DNA from: Balanoglossus misakiensis
Taxonomy: Eukaryota > Animalia > Hemichordata
Assembly: GCA_040954595.2 (NCBI GenBank)
Contig: CM082595.2
Location: 7,120,193 to 7,184,192 of the forward strand
Direction of reading: 5' to 3'
Length of the DNA: 64,000 nt
A program made the position numbers and the translations under genes. The first letter of the stretch is position 1. Each line of letters opens with the position of its first letter. Below are positions 26,717 to 40,000 of the stretch, piece by piece. A model generated the notes under the pieces. That model did not search any database, had not been told where the DNA came from, and saw only the letters and a program-made list of their open reading frames with translations.

Positions 26717-27669
26717 AGGTGAAGATTAATCAATGAAAGTAAAGCTTGCACATCTGCTTAGAAAATAACAAACATTGAAACAAACAAACAACAACAGCAC
26801 GCATGTTGGACTGTGCAAAGCTGAACATTTTCGCAGTAAATGTGACAAATCGGCGGAAAGTTGAACATCAGTCAAGACAAAATGGCCTTATTGCGAGGAT
26901 CAGGGCTGATAGCCGTAGGAATGGGAGGATGGGATTGTTGAAGGCAGTGTGAGAATTGACAACCGCACTCCAAATGCTAGCTGAGGACTCCTTAGGCACA
27001 CGGCAATGCCAATTATACCCTAAGAGGGTTCTCCCAATACATTTGGGGTCGAATGTTGATTCACTATATATCCGCATGTAGAATAACATAAACGGTGTCT
27101 TGTATCAAACATAATTAATGGAAAAAAGGCATCGAGAGAGAGACTTTGTCCCTTAATGAAAACTTCTAACGTTTTTGATATTTGACAAACGCTCTTCCGA
27201 GACACGATAATGAATTGAGGAGAACGGATGTAACACAATGACGTCACAAATCACAAACTAATGAAACGTTGTTTCCCGTGACAACTTACAAGTGATATGA
27301 AAATATCTCTTTTCACTCTATATCGGAGTTTTATTTTTTTCTCTATAATAGTTAATAACGTACCAACGTGACGTGAGACTAATATATTCTTTCGCTGATC
27401 GATTCGGAAATGCTTTAGGCATATTTCGAGAAAAGCAACAACATGCAAATGTGGCCTTGCTTGTAACTGGGCTGATGTTGAACAAGATTTAGCCGGGCGA
27501 TGTCTCTTGAAAAGTCTACTATGACAGTTTTATGGTGAAAGGTAAAACAATAAAGCAACATATCTGATTTCTGCCAGAATTTCACTTAAATATACATTAC
27601 ATGGATGCATGCAAATTTGGAGTATTTCTTGAGATGACTGCGATGGTGATGGTGACTTTATCAGCGACG

Positions 27670-27822
27670 TCAATGGTGGTGGTGATGATGATGATGAAGA
27701 TGATGATGATGATGATGATGATTATGATGATGATGATGATGATGATGATGACGACGACGACGACGATGGTGGTGATGATGATGATGATGATGATGATGAT
27801 GAGGAGGAGGAGGAGGAGGAGG
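27670..27822. repeat. Compound trinucleotide microsatellite (GAT/GAC/GGT/GAG)
   Basis: Direct repeats; the source of the poly-His, poly-Met and poly-Ile ORFs in the track. Confidence 0.95.
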
Positions 27823-28215
27823 TGTATGTGCACGCATTGTTAAGTTAGAGATAAATGAATACATAACTGGCCACATTTTAGCGTACTTTTAGATACTTTT
27901 CGCGTATTCAGATGTACATGTACTGATCAAAGCAGGGTACGCAACATATTAGCATATCAGTTTGAACAATGTGAGCATGACGTACAAATGGAATAAATAT
28001 AAACATGAAAACAAGAAGTGATATCAATAGGGAAGATGACCGATGAAGGTTTTAAAAACCAAATTCTAGTAAAATACTTCAAAACATTGTGTCCGACAGT
28101 TGGTTTTCAGCGAGCGGAAATTCTTCCATGTAATGTAAAGAAAACGAAAACTTGTATGATACATAAACCTTAGAAGGCCATTTGTTGTCAGGGTCTCCCG
28201 CAGACGTGTATAAGG

Positions 28216-29265
28216 CTAGGCGTGAGAGCTGCCGATATTGGTAGCGGTTGTGCCGACGGTGGATATCTGCTGCCCAGCCTGGGAGGACGGTTCGTCTTGA
28301 TTCCTCGCGTTTCTGAAGACCAGCCTCAGGATGTTGGCGTACGCTTCGCGGAACCGTGTGTTCATGACGCCGTAAATGATCGGGTTGACGCAGCCGGCGA
28401 CCAGATACAGGGCCGTCAGGTACAGGTGGGTGTCCGGCGGAGCGCTGTGACTGGTGTCGATCATGCGGAAGAGCGGGTACGGTAGGTAGCCGAGTAATAT
28501 GACGATGAAGACGACGGCGGTCATCTTGCAGAGCTGGATTTCGTGTCTGCCAATGTTGGAGTTGTTCTGCCCATGCGCCTGGACTTGCTTGCGTTTGGAG
28601 TGGACGAAGGCAAATATGCGGCAGTAGAAGATGATGGTGGTGACGCTAGGCAGAACGATCAACAAGACGATCAGAAGCATCTGTTGCATCAACCCTTGAG
28701 GTGGTAGCAAGGTGCAGCGGAGAGACAAGTCGGAGTATCCGACCATCGGCGGGGAACTGACGAAAGACGGTATGAAGATGATACAGGGTAGGAGCCAGGC
28801 CACCAGGATGGCGCTCAGCACCGATGCTGTACGGGTCATCTGATTGTATACATCCTGTCGGACGATTCGCAGGTAGCGGTTGATTGAGATGAACGTGATG
28901 TGCCAGAGGGAGACGCCGACCAGCCCCGGGTTCAGGTAGAAATGCAGGGCGCAGAGTGAAAACGGCAGCCGCATCCGACAGTGAAGGTAGGAGTCCAGGA
29001 TGGGACCAATGACGCAGGTGATGAACACCATGTCGGTGTACGTCATACTCAGAATAAAACTGTTGGCCGACGTTCGCAGCTTCTTGGTCGTCAGCACGGC
29101 CACGTTGACCAGAACATTGCCGAGGATTCCCACCACGGCGAAAACACTGCACAGCACGACCACAAACAGAATGCTCGGTGTGGAGATCGAGCAACGGTAC
29201 CCGCCAGTAGTCGCCCCACCGCCGACGACTTCCTCGACAGTGTCGTTCTCAACCGTGCCGTTCAT
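28216..29265 (-). CDS. Class A (rhodopsin-like) GPCR, melatonin receptor/moody/Tre1/GPR84-like group, 349 aa, CDS uninterrupted
   Basis: Seven hydrophobic segments, N-terminal sequons NGT and NDT, GILGN (TM1), ISINRY (TM3), AWLLP (TM4), FYCRIF (TM5), GYLPY (TM6), VNPIIYG (TM7), helix 8 FREAY. Confidence 0.93.
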   Translation of the reverse strand: MNGTVENDTVEEVVGGGATTGGYRCSISTPSILFVVVLCSVFAVVGILGNVLVNVAVLTTKKLRTSANSFILSMTYTDMVFITCVIGPILDSYLHCRMRLPFSLCALHFYLNPGLVGVSLWHITFISINRYLRIVRQDVYNQMTRTASVLSAILVAWLLPCIIFIPSFVSSPPMVGYSDLSLRCTLLPPQGLMQQMLLIVLLIVLPSVTTIIFYCRIFAFVHSKRKQVQAHGQNNSNIGRHEIQLCKMTAVVFIVILLGYLPYPLFRMIDTSHSAPPDTHLYLTALYLVAGCVNPIIYGVMNTRFREAYANILRLVFRNARNQDEPSSQAGQQISTVGTTATNIGSSHA

Positions 29266-29874
29266 CTCTCAGATCTGTTTCATATGCGCGTATACAATTT
29301 TCGACGATTGTCTCCGTATCTACGCAGCGAGTCGCTTTATAATAATAACATGTGGATTTAAGGCGAATCGAGTTATAAGCAACTTACTTTGGATTGCCTG
29401 GAAGAAACAGCAAATTCTACGATGATAAATTGATAATTTATGCAAAACCAATCAGACAGGAGACTTCTAGGAGATCACAGAATGTAATAACAAGTCTTAT
29501 CAGGCATAATTCATGCAAACTGGGCCATTTACGGAATAAGTAGTTTTGCATATTTGTAACCATATCTTGAATCAGAGGTTCTGGAGTCGTTTTCTTCTTT
29601 CATCTCTTTATTTCTCGACAATTGCGATAACGCAGACGCTTTTTAATCTTCTTGATTAGATGCTGCAGTCGTCATCCTCGAGTATATGGTGCGCTCGTAT
29701 TTGTCATTTCAGTAAATTTCGAGTACGAATTCCGGATTCTCTCAGTCTCTGTAGTGTTGCATATCGATTTCACCTTGCCATTTGTCTACGAATTTGGAGT
29801 GAATTCGTTGAGACACAGGGAAAACCACTCCCAAAACATGATTTGTTGTTGTTATTGATGCTGCTGTTGTTGTT

Positions 29875-30220
29875 TGAAAGGGACAACTCTCATTACCCCT
29901 TTTCCATTATGTTTCATACAAGACACCATTTATATGTTATTCTACATGTGGATATATAGTGAATCAATGTTCGATCACACACAACTTCCATCCCGTTTGT
30001 AGGATATGAGAGTAAAATCTCGCCAAATTGAATAAACGGTATAGACTGATTATTCATTTTGGCGAGTTTTTCACTCTCGTGTCTACAAGTAGGATGGGAG
30101 TTGCGTGTGGTCGAACGTTGATTCACTATATATCCACATGTGTAGAATAACATAAATGGTGTCTTGTATCAAACACAATTCATGGAAAAGGGCAGCGAGA
30201 GGAAGACTTTGTCTCTTGAA
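29875..30220. mobile_element. MITE family A copy
   Basis: Palindromic body with degenerate ends. Confidence 0.8.
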
Positions 30221-33200
30221 GTCAACAAAATATGGCATGAAAACTTTTCAGTCCAAGCGTTGCCGCAGTATGTAGGCCTAAACGAAAACACATCCCAATG
30301 AAAACCAATTTGCAAGCAGGAGCTGCCACTGTTCATCGTTAGGATCCTCCGGGGCGAGTGTGTGTCAGAGCGCAGTCTTCACTTCGACGGATAACACCAA
30401 TTGTCCTGTTCCAGGAATCGATTTCAAAAACAGAATGCGATGAAAATTGGCCACATTCGTGGAATGATGATGGAGGGCATTTATTAAGTCGTTGGAATGT
30501 CACGTCGCCAAGTTAGCATGCCTATGTTATACATACCGTCATAGGACAGACAAGCTCCTTGCTACTCGACCTCTTGACACAGAAGCCGGATTTAAATGTT
30601 GTTGTGTGTTTTCGGTTACAAAATGTAACTGCCGTGACCGCCATTAAATGGACCGATACCAATTATATAAATCAATGATTCAATCATGATGTTTGTGCGA
30701 AAAACTGAATATCAATGATCAGCAAGGCCAGCTGTTACTACTGGTGTTAAAATAAACTATGTATTCAGAAATTCCTTGTTCCGACATCTCAATTTTACAT
30801 ATGAAATTCATTTTAATCGATAGGCGATGGAAGAACAATAAAACACACAGTGAAAGCAACTTTGTCAGACTGTTTAAACCTATATATTTGAGTTAGTGAT
30901 GAGTGAGTATATTTATCTGTTTGTTCAAACATCGAATAACTCTATGTCGGCACAGGCTATACGCGTGAGATAGTCTAAGAGACTTAAGACGTTTTTAGAA
31001 ATACGGCAAATCGTCTTGGATCACGAAATTCCATTACTTATTAAGAGGAACTAGAAGTCTAAGCCTGACCCTCGTGAATATATAAAATGTTTTCTATCAG
31101 AAATCATCAGTACTCGTTACAAAGCCATTCAAAATCTACTTCGCTTGTCTGTACATAGCTTGGATTTGCTTGAATCGCTGTATGTTTTTGTACAAGCCAA
31201 ATCCTCTTTCTGATGGGCCTGGATCTTAACGGTACAGAATATGATTCATAGTATTATATTGAGCACTGTCGACTTTGATATCATATTGAATGAATACGTG
31301 AAAGCTCCGTCTACGTTGCAGATTAATAAGCCCCCTTGAATTGCATGGATTACGTCTGGAATTTTGAAGACACCCCCGGACAGACGGGGGAAGCGGTGAG
31401 ACGGAGAGATAGGTAAAAGACAAAGAGATTAAGAGGCAGAGACAGATAGATGGATAGATAGACATATAGAGTGATAAAGATATACAGACAGAGAGACAGA
31501 TAGATAATTATACAGATTAAAGAGATAATACAAGTAATATTGATTCACTTATACATGCAGAGAGATACGATATGCTCGAATATTGCTGATAAAGTAATTG
31601 ATCAAGATACCCAGAGTAATTGCATGGCTCCGCGGGCTAGAAAGCTTATCTGTATAAATACATAGGTTATCTTCTAATTATAGAAAGTATGATTATTGCA
31701 TAACATGTGCCGTGTGACGCTGCGTGCTCTGGAAACAATTAAGGGGAAATTCATTTTTGAATGTCTGAAATTATTGGTTTATTATAGTGTTATAAGAAAC
31801 AACACAGCAGTATATGATTTTTGCTGTTGTTTACACAGATATAGATAAATAGAAAACACGCAAAAGCAAAAAATGATATGAGACAAGTTAATATGATTAT
31901 AAAATTCACCACCAATTATTGCCTCAGAATGAGTATCTGTTTTGGCATTCGTAAATATTCCTAATTTAGAAATTCTGTTGATAAAGTTAAGTGGCATGTG
32001 CAGTTAGGTATATGCATTCACTCGGCAAAGACAATACGGAATACATGACAAATATTTGACTCTCCCTGCACTTTTTTGACCCAATTATTTAGCTGTTCTC
32101 AAAATCACAAGTACAATGCCCAAAGCGGTTCATATAACGATGACCTCCGCGGGACCGGCACTTCAATCAGTCGAAAATGGCTTTGATTTGTGCCAGCCGC
32201 GATTTCCCACGTTGCCTACGTGACAGCGTCACTCGTGCCCGAAGAAACAAAACGCTTGATTTTGCCCAATTTGTTTCCGAATGCAAAAAAGAATAACAGT
32301 TGCGAGGTGTCGTCAACAATGGCATATGAAGTTAACGATGCATATGCCCGCAGTTAACCACGGGACTGTGAGAGTTAACGACACAAAAACCGAAATCGAG
32401 ACATTTTCAGGTCAACCATTTTTTCACATGATAATAAAAGAAAGAACACGTACTCTCATTGGTCGCAGTCATTGTGGTCGAATTGGTATTCGACGACAGT
32501 GATTGCGACCTCTAGCGATCGTTTCGAGTGATCATTTTGACAACCATTCCCGGAATTTCTGTAAACGAGCGCCAGGGGTCGCTTTCAGTGTAATTGTAAT
32601 TTGCCGAAGTGTGATATGATTTTCTTGAAGAAAGGAAATGCGACTTGTAAGACAGGCATTTTTTTCCTAAGATGAGAAATAGTAAATTTGGCATGGATCA
32701 CACCCAAAAGTAAGTGTGTGGGTGACATTGAGAATAATGCACCAACATCAAGTGTGATTTTTTGTGTGTTTAGGCTGAAGCAGTCAAAGTTAGTCTACCG
32801 CCTAAAAAACCTACGGCTTGGCACTAGACTAGGTCAAAGAACATCAAAATTCATCCACTGAATATAATCCTTTGCGAAGTGCAAGATAATTGTCTTTGTC
32901 GTTTTTTTTCGGACAGTTAACAAATATTTATTGCATTCAATTCTCCAGCAGTAATAAAGTGCCATATACGAAAATACATCACCTCTTGCTTTAGTGTTTA
33001 TAGCCTCGTGCGCCCGCTATCTTTGATAAGAAGAGAACATGAGCCAGAAAAACACGTTCTAATATTGTTACTTTTGCTACTTTGCGAGATTGTAACTTTT
33101 TCTTTTGATTGTTCTTGTTTCTTTCCCACGGTTTACCGGAAGTATACGCAGACACATGGACGCCACGAATAAATTAGATTCGTCATGATCGCGCATGCCT

Positions 33201-33459
33201 CTTGCCTTTGAGAAGGCTGTGGAAACAATTTGAACGCTTGGTATGATTGGCTGCAAGTTTTTAAGGCGTGGTTACGAATCGTCACTCGCCAAATCCACCA
33301 GCCTCAAGTCCACTCCAGGCTTTTTGTCGACAGGTCAGTAACCGGACTGAGTTCAGCAGTAGCGGATCTATATCTGAGAGGATATTTTTCGGCGCTAAAG
33401 ATATACAGGGAGAAATACTCACTGGCTGTATATAGGTCTTAGCCGAACGCGTCTACCTA

Positions 33460-35092
33460 CTACCAGGTAAGAAGTTTGATTGGTATAATTGACAGTATAA
33501 TTTGGTCACGGTCTGGAAGATATAATTGGCCGTCTACTTGGGACGTATTATCCTTCAGGAAGGCCACAAATTCTCTGACGACATCTTTGTTAGTGTGGTT
33601 TCGGAAGTTTGATGTCAAAGCGTAGAAATCCAGCAACATGTTTCCTTCAGCCGTGTCTTCAAAGCATTCGTCTGCTCTGATTCCATACGTTCTGTACGCT
33701 GTCTTGATCTCTACATCCGGGAGTTGACCACGTATTACGGTCAGTAGAGCATTCGAACCTGTGCACCTACACGCTGGGTTCACCTTCGCCACTCCCTGAT
33801 ACAACGTCTCAGCAGGACCTTTACAAATGGAACAGCAAGCACTGTGTAACTACAGGATCACCAGATAGTGGAAATCAGGGCGCGAGGGCGCTATAGCAAA
33901 TATACCAAAACAACGTGAGAACACAACAATAGAAGTGAGACACAGAGAAGGGATATTGTATGAGCACCAAACAAAGTACCCCTAAATCTCGAACCATACC
34001 GAATGTGTCACTACTTCGTAAGTTCCATGACAAGCCGGTGAAGTATACACGTATACATGGTTCAATAGGGATATATGATGGAATCTATTGTTTGTAATAC
34101 AATTGCAGAAATTATTCAAAGACGAATATTTAGCTACCTGCAACAATTGTATATAATAGCACCCCTTCTTTGTTCAGTAGTTGGTATAGATCTGCAAATA
34201 CGCGTTCTTGGGATGAGAAGTAGTACGCGCAGTGTTGTGCGTGAATCACGTGGAACTTGCACTGGCTTCCCTCTCCACGAATCTCTTCAAGGTAGTCTTC
34301 TATGGTAGCTGCGTGGAACTCGAAACTAACGCCTTTCCATAGACCTTCTCCCTGCTTTTTTGCAACCAAATCTTTGAACTTCTGGACCTGGTGTCGTCGA
34401 GGCTCCACGACGACGTAGAAGACGCGCTTGAATTTACCGCTCAAGTGGTCGATGATCTCAATATCATAGGATCCTAGTAGTTTAAAGGGAAAACATCGAC
34501 AATTTGAAATATCCATGAAAGAGAAATCTAAAAATAACTCATCGAACCGCGACCGAAAGAAAGATCGGTGCAAATCACACAAACATCGATACCATACAGA
34601 CAAAGACATGTCATCTCAGAAAAAAAATCCAGTCTCTGTCAACAACTCTGTCTATGACAAACGACTAAAGGACACTCTCCCCTTTGCAAAATACATGTAT
34701 GAGATTAAGTATTTCGAACAAAAGATTATAAATGCTAAACATTATTGATCCCTTATACAAAGGTAAAATTTAAATGAATTACACACGGCGCAATCGAACA
34801 AACAGTTAAATTGATTGCTTGGTTATACCAATTGACCACAAGATACGTAAAAACTAGCCAGTGATATTAAGATAAAATTTCACCCCAAAACTTTATACCT
34901 ACCATCATTTGTGCCGATTGCCAGAACTCGTAAAGCAGAGTTTTCAGCGATCATAACATTTCTTAGTTTATCTCGGAAAATCTGAAGTCGTGGACCGCCG
35001 TTGAAATCACGTCTGTTTTTGAGCAATATGGAATAGTCTTCTATATAGTCGTCTGTTTCTTGGCACAAATTTTTACCATCGGCTGGATCCAT
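33460..35092 (-). CDS. HNMT: Histamine N-methyltransferase-like SAM-dependent methyltransferase, copy A (294 aa, 3 exons)
   Basis: Exons 35092-34903, 34473-34138, 33818-33460; 885 nt, open frame. Motifs LRVLAIGTNDG, VVEP...VQKFKDLVA, FHVIHAQHCAYY, ECFED..EGNMLLDF correspond to HNMT IKILSIGGGAG, VVEPS, WDFIHMIQMLYY, DCFIDGNENGDLLWDF. One-to-one orthology is not established. Confidence 0.85.
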
Positions 35093-35412
35093 CTCGATCT
35101 GGATTGAAATAGTTGACAAATATTTAGTATTTGTGCAAAATATACAAGTTTACGTGGTCGGGGAAAGGAACGTGATTACACAGAGTCGAACACAGTCGAT
35201 GTCTTTATTCAAATGTTGTCCACAGTTGAAACTCAAAATGACCTCCAACCACAATTCTTCTTTTCAGCTATAATGGTTACAAACATGTGTAAATTGTTTT
35301 CGCTATACGCCATTAAAGGGACACCATTGTTAATGTACATGTGGATATATAGTGAATCAATGTTCGACCACACACAACTTCCATCCTGTTTGGAGGATAT
35401 GTGAGTGGTGGC

Positions 35413-35930
35413 TACCATGCTTTAATTACTCTGGGGAGAACACTGCGTATGACATGTAACGTATCTTCAATATTACCCATGCGAGTTTCTAAGGCAGAGA
35501 AACGGCGTTTCAATTCTTTGGAGTCGATTTTTAGTTCAGATAATGAACTTATAATTGTATCTACGCATAGACCACGATCTACGTCACATCTTGTAATTTG
35601 CGACCGAGGGGATTAGTTCTACGGTGCCACTCATGAACAATAGCATGAGAATGAGCCGGAGAGACGTGGCCACTCCTGGGTGATTAGTACTACAGTAATA
35701 TGCAAAAGCAATACAAAAGGGCCCCATGTTGTTTTCTGAACACCCAGCAAAGCCACCAATTCTTGCTTGATAATCCTCCAACGAGATGCCCATGGTTGAA
35801 GCAGTTCCGTGAGACGCAAGACAGAGTACTTACAAAAGTCCAGAAAAAAAGTTTTTGTTGTAAAGACGTTTTCAGAACCGAAAAAAATCGTGCAAAACGG
35901 TTCGACACGTCGCTGATGCCTGCTTCCGTC
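35413..35930 (-). mobile_element. 5' fragment of a non-LTR retrotransposon ORF1 with a decayed 2A-like motif
   Basis: MGISLEDYQARIGGF...LILMLLFMSGTVEL is followed, after a frameshift, by PRSQITRCDVDRGLCVDTIISSLSELKIDSKELKRRFSALETRMGNIEDTL (coiled-coil-like). It abuts a MITE A fragment at 35313-35403. Confidence 0.6.
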
Positions 35931-37060
35931 AACAATTCACTGCTCTATGTCCAATGTCCGACAACAATGAGGTACACCAACCAGAACAGGTTACGCAACA
36001 TGTTCACCAACACAGACCTGAATATGAAATCCCACCGCCTTTTTAGAAGTGACTGCATTTTATCTCAAATAAAATGAAATAAGGCCCCCAAAATATAATG
36101 GTATGCTATATGCAAAGCCTGGAGAGATGATTTTCCCTAACCAAACTGCTGTGCCCCCTCCCCCGGGGGGGGGGGGGTCTGAGCCGAACGTCTCTGCACT
36201 GGCAATTACAGTGGTGAATATCGGGCATGCCACGCCTTCCCACGCGAACAAAAATACTTGCATTCGGTAAGATGTTTGCGGAAAACTCACACTCTTCATT
36301 TCAAAATCATACTTTTTGACAAGAAAAATAACGCCACAAACCTTCCAAGACGTTTGTCTGACACGTTTCTGGGAGTGGTGACGCGTAAACTGTAATCCCC
36401 AGGTGAAAATAAAAGTCACCGCGCATGTGTAGTGCCCTCGTCCGTGATGTGCGCATAACGTCCCATAAGCTCATGGTCGTTACATGTATATGCAAAGCGT
36501 TGACTTTTAAAACCCCGGGGGTGTCTAGAATTTATATGTCACCGTGTTATATTAGGAATATTTTTTTTAATTGAGACAAGAGATTTCTATAGCGGAACAC
36601 GCAATGAAATGTCAAATTTCAAATGTCAAAACGCTGATTCAAAACAAGACTGACTCGGAGGATGGATCATAACGATGTTTATATTGGTTGATAAACTTCA
36701 TTTTAGGTGAATACACTTCTGATACTACTAATTCTAACATTCTTATTTCTAAACAATCAAAACACTGTAAAGATTTCCTATGAAAAATAAAGACAAGAAA
36801 GAAATGGAACTCACGCCCACGTGTGTGGACCAGCTTATTGTATTTGCAAGCAATGTACAGATGTTATTCAGAGAAATACGAGAGTGACTCGTTTCCAGAG
36901 TTATCAGTTAATAACAGTACTGTCCATGGTGCACAAAGCGAAGGGACATTTTCAAGGAAGGTATTTCTGTATTTGTTGCTATGGTTTCCAGTTCACTCTA
37001 ATGATAGCTATTCTACGCCCCCCCCCCCCCCGGCTGTAACGCAACAAGGAGCAACTCGGA

Positions 37061-40000
37061 CTATCTTCGCCCTAAACGACGATGTCCACTGTCTACGCGG
37101 AATGAGGAGACGATTTCTTCAAACGTTTTGTTTTTCGTTTCGGGAACCATGAAGAAGGTGAAGACGGCGTTGCATGTCAGGAACACTGTGAATACTAAGA
37201 AAGCATAGGCACCAATGCTGGCCTGGAAAGAGGGGAAAAGACGATTATGCTATATTAGACATTTTATTAGGTCTGATAACTCGCAAGGACAGACAAGCAG
37301 ACAAACAGACAGATAGACAGAGACAAACAGGCTGACAGACACACACAGACAGACAGACAGAAAGTGTTATCAGAGACAGACAGACAGACAGAGACAAACA
37401 AACAGGCTGACAGACACAGACAGACAGTGTTATCAACGACGTGTTTGCTGTCAGTATGACAATTACATTCCCAACAGTTTGCTTACCTGTATATAAGGGA
37501 AGGTTATGCCAACGACGAAATTACACCACCAGTTGACTTGTACCGAAACACTCATAGCGGCAGGGCGTGGTCCCTGTGACCAGATCTCAGGAATAATTAC
37601 AAAAGGAATAGGTCCTGAAACGAATTGAAATAAACCTGAGTTTTAGGCACTGCGCATGCACTAAAAGGTAGAACGGCACCATGGCAAAATCATCAGCAGT
37701 ACACATAATCTATGATTACTAAGTTTTTTTTTCAAGAAACAAGTTATTGTTTTCCGTGATACAGAAAACCCTTTTTTCCAGTTGATTTTTTGCAAACGAA
37801 GACAAACTTTAAATTTGAACACCAGTGTGACAAGCAAATTTCAGGCGAGCGCCCCCTCTCAATTTATAGAAGTGCAATAACTTGTTTACTGTGATAAGTC
37901 TACTTGAGTGTGCAGGTTATAATTAGTACTGTCCAAATCAGTCAATCCTATTTTGCTCAAGGCAACTTCAGATACCCCCTCTTAAAATCTAGAATAAACA
38001 ATTTGGGTCAATGCGCAAAATTTTGAACGATCAGAGAGCGCAACTTTGGAAAATTCAAAATTTTCGCCAATCAAAGTTGACTGGTATATATAGAAAAATT
38101 AAATTGGCGATTTTTATGAAGACAATATGAACATTACCCGGTCCGATTGCAAAGCAGACGATGTACATATAAACACAGATTAAGCTGATATAATCCCAAG
38201 CGTCTTGCGTGGTTGGATCCTAAAAAAATCAACAAAAAGTTCATAGTTTCAAATTTTAACGATGGCATTAAGGTTATTAACTTCCCTTATGTTTAAACAA
38301 CATTGGCGCTAAATAGTTACCTTTTCCCAAAATATGCTTTGTTTTACTTTTCAAACTATGGATCATATGGCTGTCGTTTAATTTTCACTACTAAATTGAA
38401 CACATTGATAGTGGAACTTTGGAAAATTGTTTTTTTTTCGGGGTTAGTGAAACGAAATCGTGATTTTAGAATTATTACAAAAACGACACCAACTCACATT
38501 GACATGAATAATTCTTCTAACTTTGTTCTTAAAAACCTTACACTACACCATTACATGCTGTCGACTTACCGCAAGGTTCAAAGATACTGTAATGAAAGTC
38601 GTTGAACAGGCCATGAGAATGAGAGGATATAGAAGTAGAGGGCGTCGTCCGGCTCGTTCAACAACAACAATCTGTGTAAGAGAAGAAGGTTGTCATGGCA
38701 ACAATTATGTATGGGGAAACGTGCATTGACGCTTGTAGAAACGAAAGTGAAAAAACTCGCCAAAATTAATATCGGTGTTTACCATTTATTCGTTTTGGGC
38801 GAGTTTTTACTCTCATATCATACAAGCGGGATGGAAGTTGTGTGTGCATGTGGTCGACTGTTCATTCACTACATTTCCACATTGTAACAAAAACGTTGTC
38901 TTGTATCAAACATAATTAATGGAAAAAGGGCATCGAGAGAGAGACTTTAAAACTGATCACGTGCACAAAATTTGAGGAAGTCACATATCGGAGGGCATAA
39001 ACTGAAATACCACTCACCGAAACAATCGTGACAATGACATTGACGACGCCGCTACCGATGGTAGCATACAACACTGCTGATACATTGTTTGGCCATATCA
39101 TGAAGTAGATCTCAGTGGCGTAGAAAAATATCTGGAAAAAGTAAATAAATAACAACGTTGAATTCGTGACACACTCACATATACACACTAACACACACAA
39201 ACACACAGGAATGTTTAAAGGTATTCGGTCACTCATGGAAAATTATCTATAGTTACCATGGCAAATTGAGATCTAGCCAATCATATAGATGTTCAGTGGG
39301 TGGCACACGCGAAAAAAAGAGCGCCACCATATGTTCTTTAGAACACTCAAATACACAAATTCAGCCATATATGGGCGTACGTAATTTGGTGGTGACCGTA
39401 TACCTTTAAGGTAGTATGCACCTCTGTTGAGAATGATTAAACAAGTTATATTATGTGAAAACAAGATAGTGTTCTAGTGGATAAGATTGTGCTTGGTTTA
39501 TGAAGTTTCATAGTGGGAAATGCAACATTGTATTGTATTTTGTATTTTCCCAAGGTGGCGGCCATATTCCTTGGCGGCAAAGCTTTATTAATTATCTGGT
39601 TAAAACTTGCATATGCACTCTTACTTAGTGTTTATAATTCTTGTGTATAATTAAGTGCATAAATCCTTATGAGCTAAATGTAGTACAATTTGGAAAAAAA
39701 AATGACCATTATCCCAAAAGTTGCAGCTTATGTCTCTGCCCTTTTTCTATTAATTTTTTTTGATACAAGACACCATTTATGTTAATGTACATGTGTAATG
39801 TACATATGTAATGAATAACTTTCGACCACGCACAACTTCCCTCCTGCCTGTAGGATATGAGAGTAAAATATCACCCAAAATGAATAAATGGTAGAGACCG
39901 ATTTTTCATTTTTGCGAGTTTTTTCACTCTCGTGTCTAAACGCGGGATGGAAGGTGTGTGTGGTTGAACGTTGATTCACTATATATCCACATGTAGAATA

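Noticed and set aside
26150-27045. Possible decayed L2/CR1 RT C-terminal fragment (KLSGVTVD; GRMGLLKAV) around the MITE
   Set aside because: Too degenerate to support without a profile search.
27597-27876. Poly-His, poly-Met and poly-Ile ORFs
   Set aside because: Trinucleotide microsatellite downstream of the GPCR.
28222-29425. Several ORFs overlapping the GPCR
   Set aside because: Antisense or alternate-frame shadows of a GC-rich CDS.
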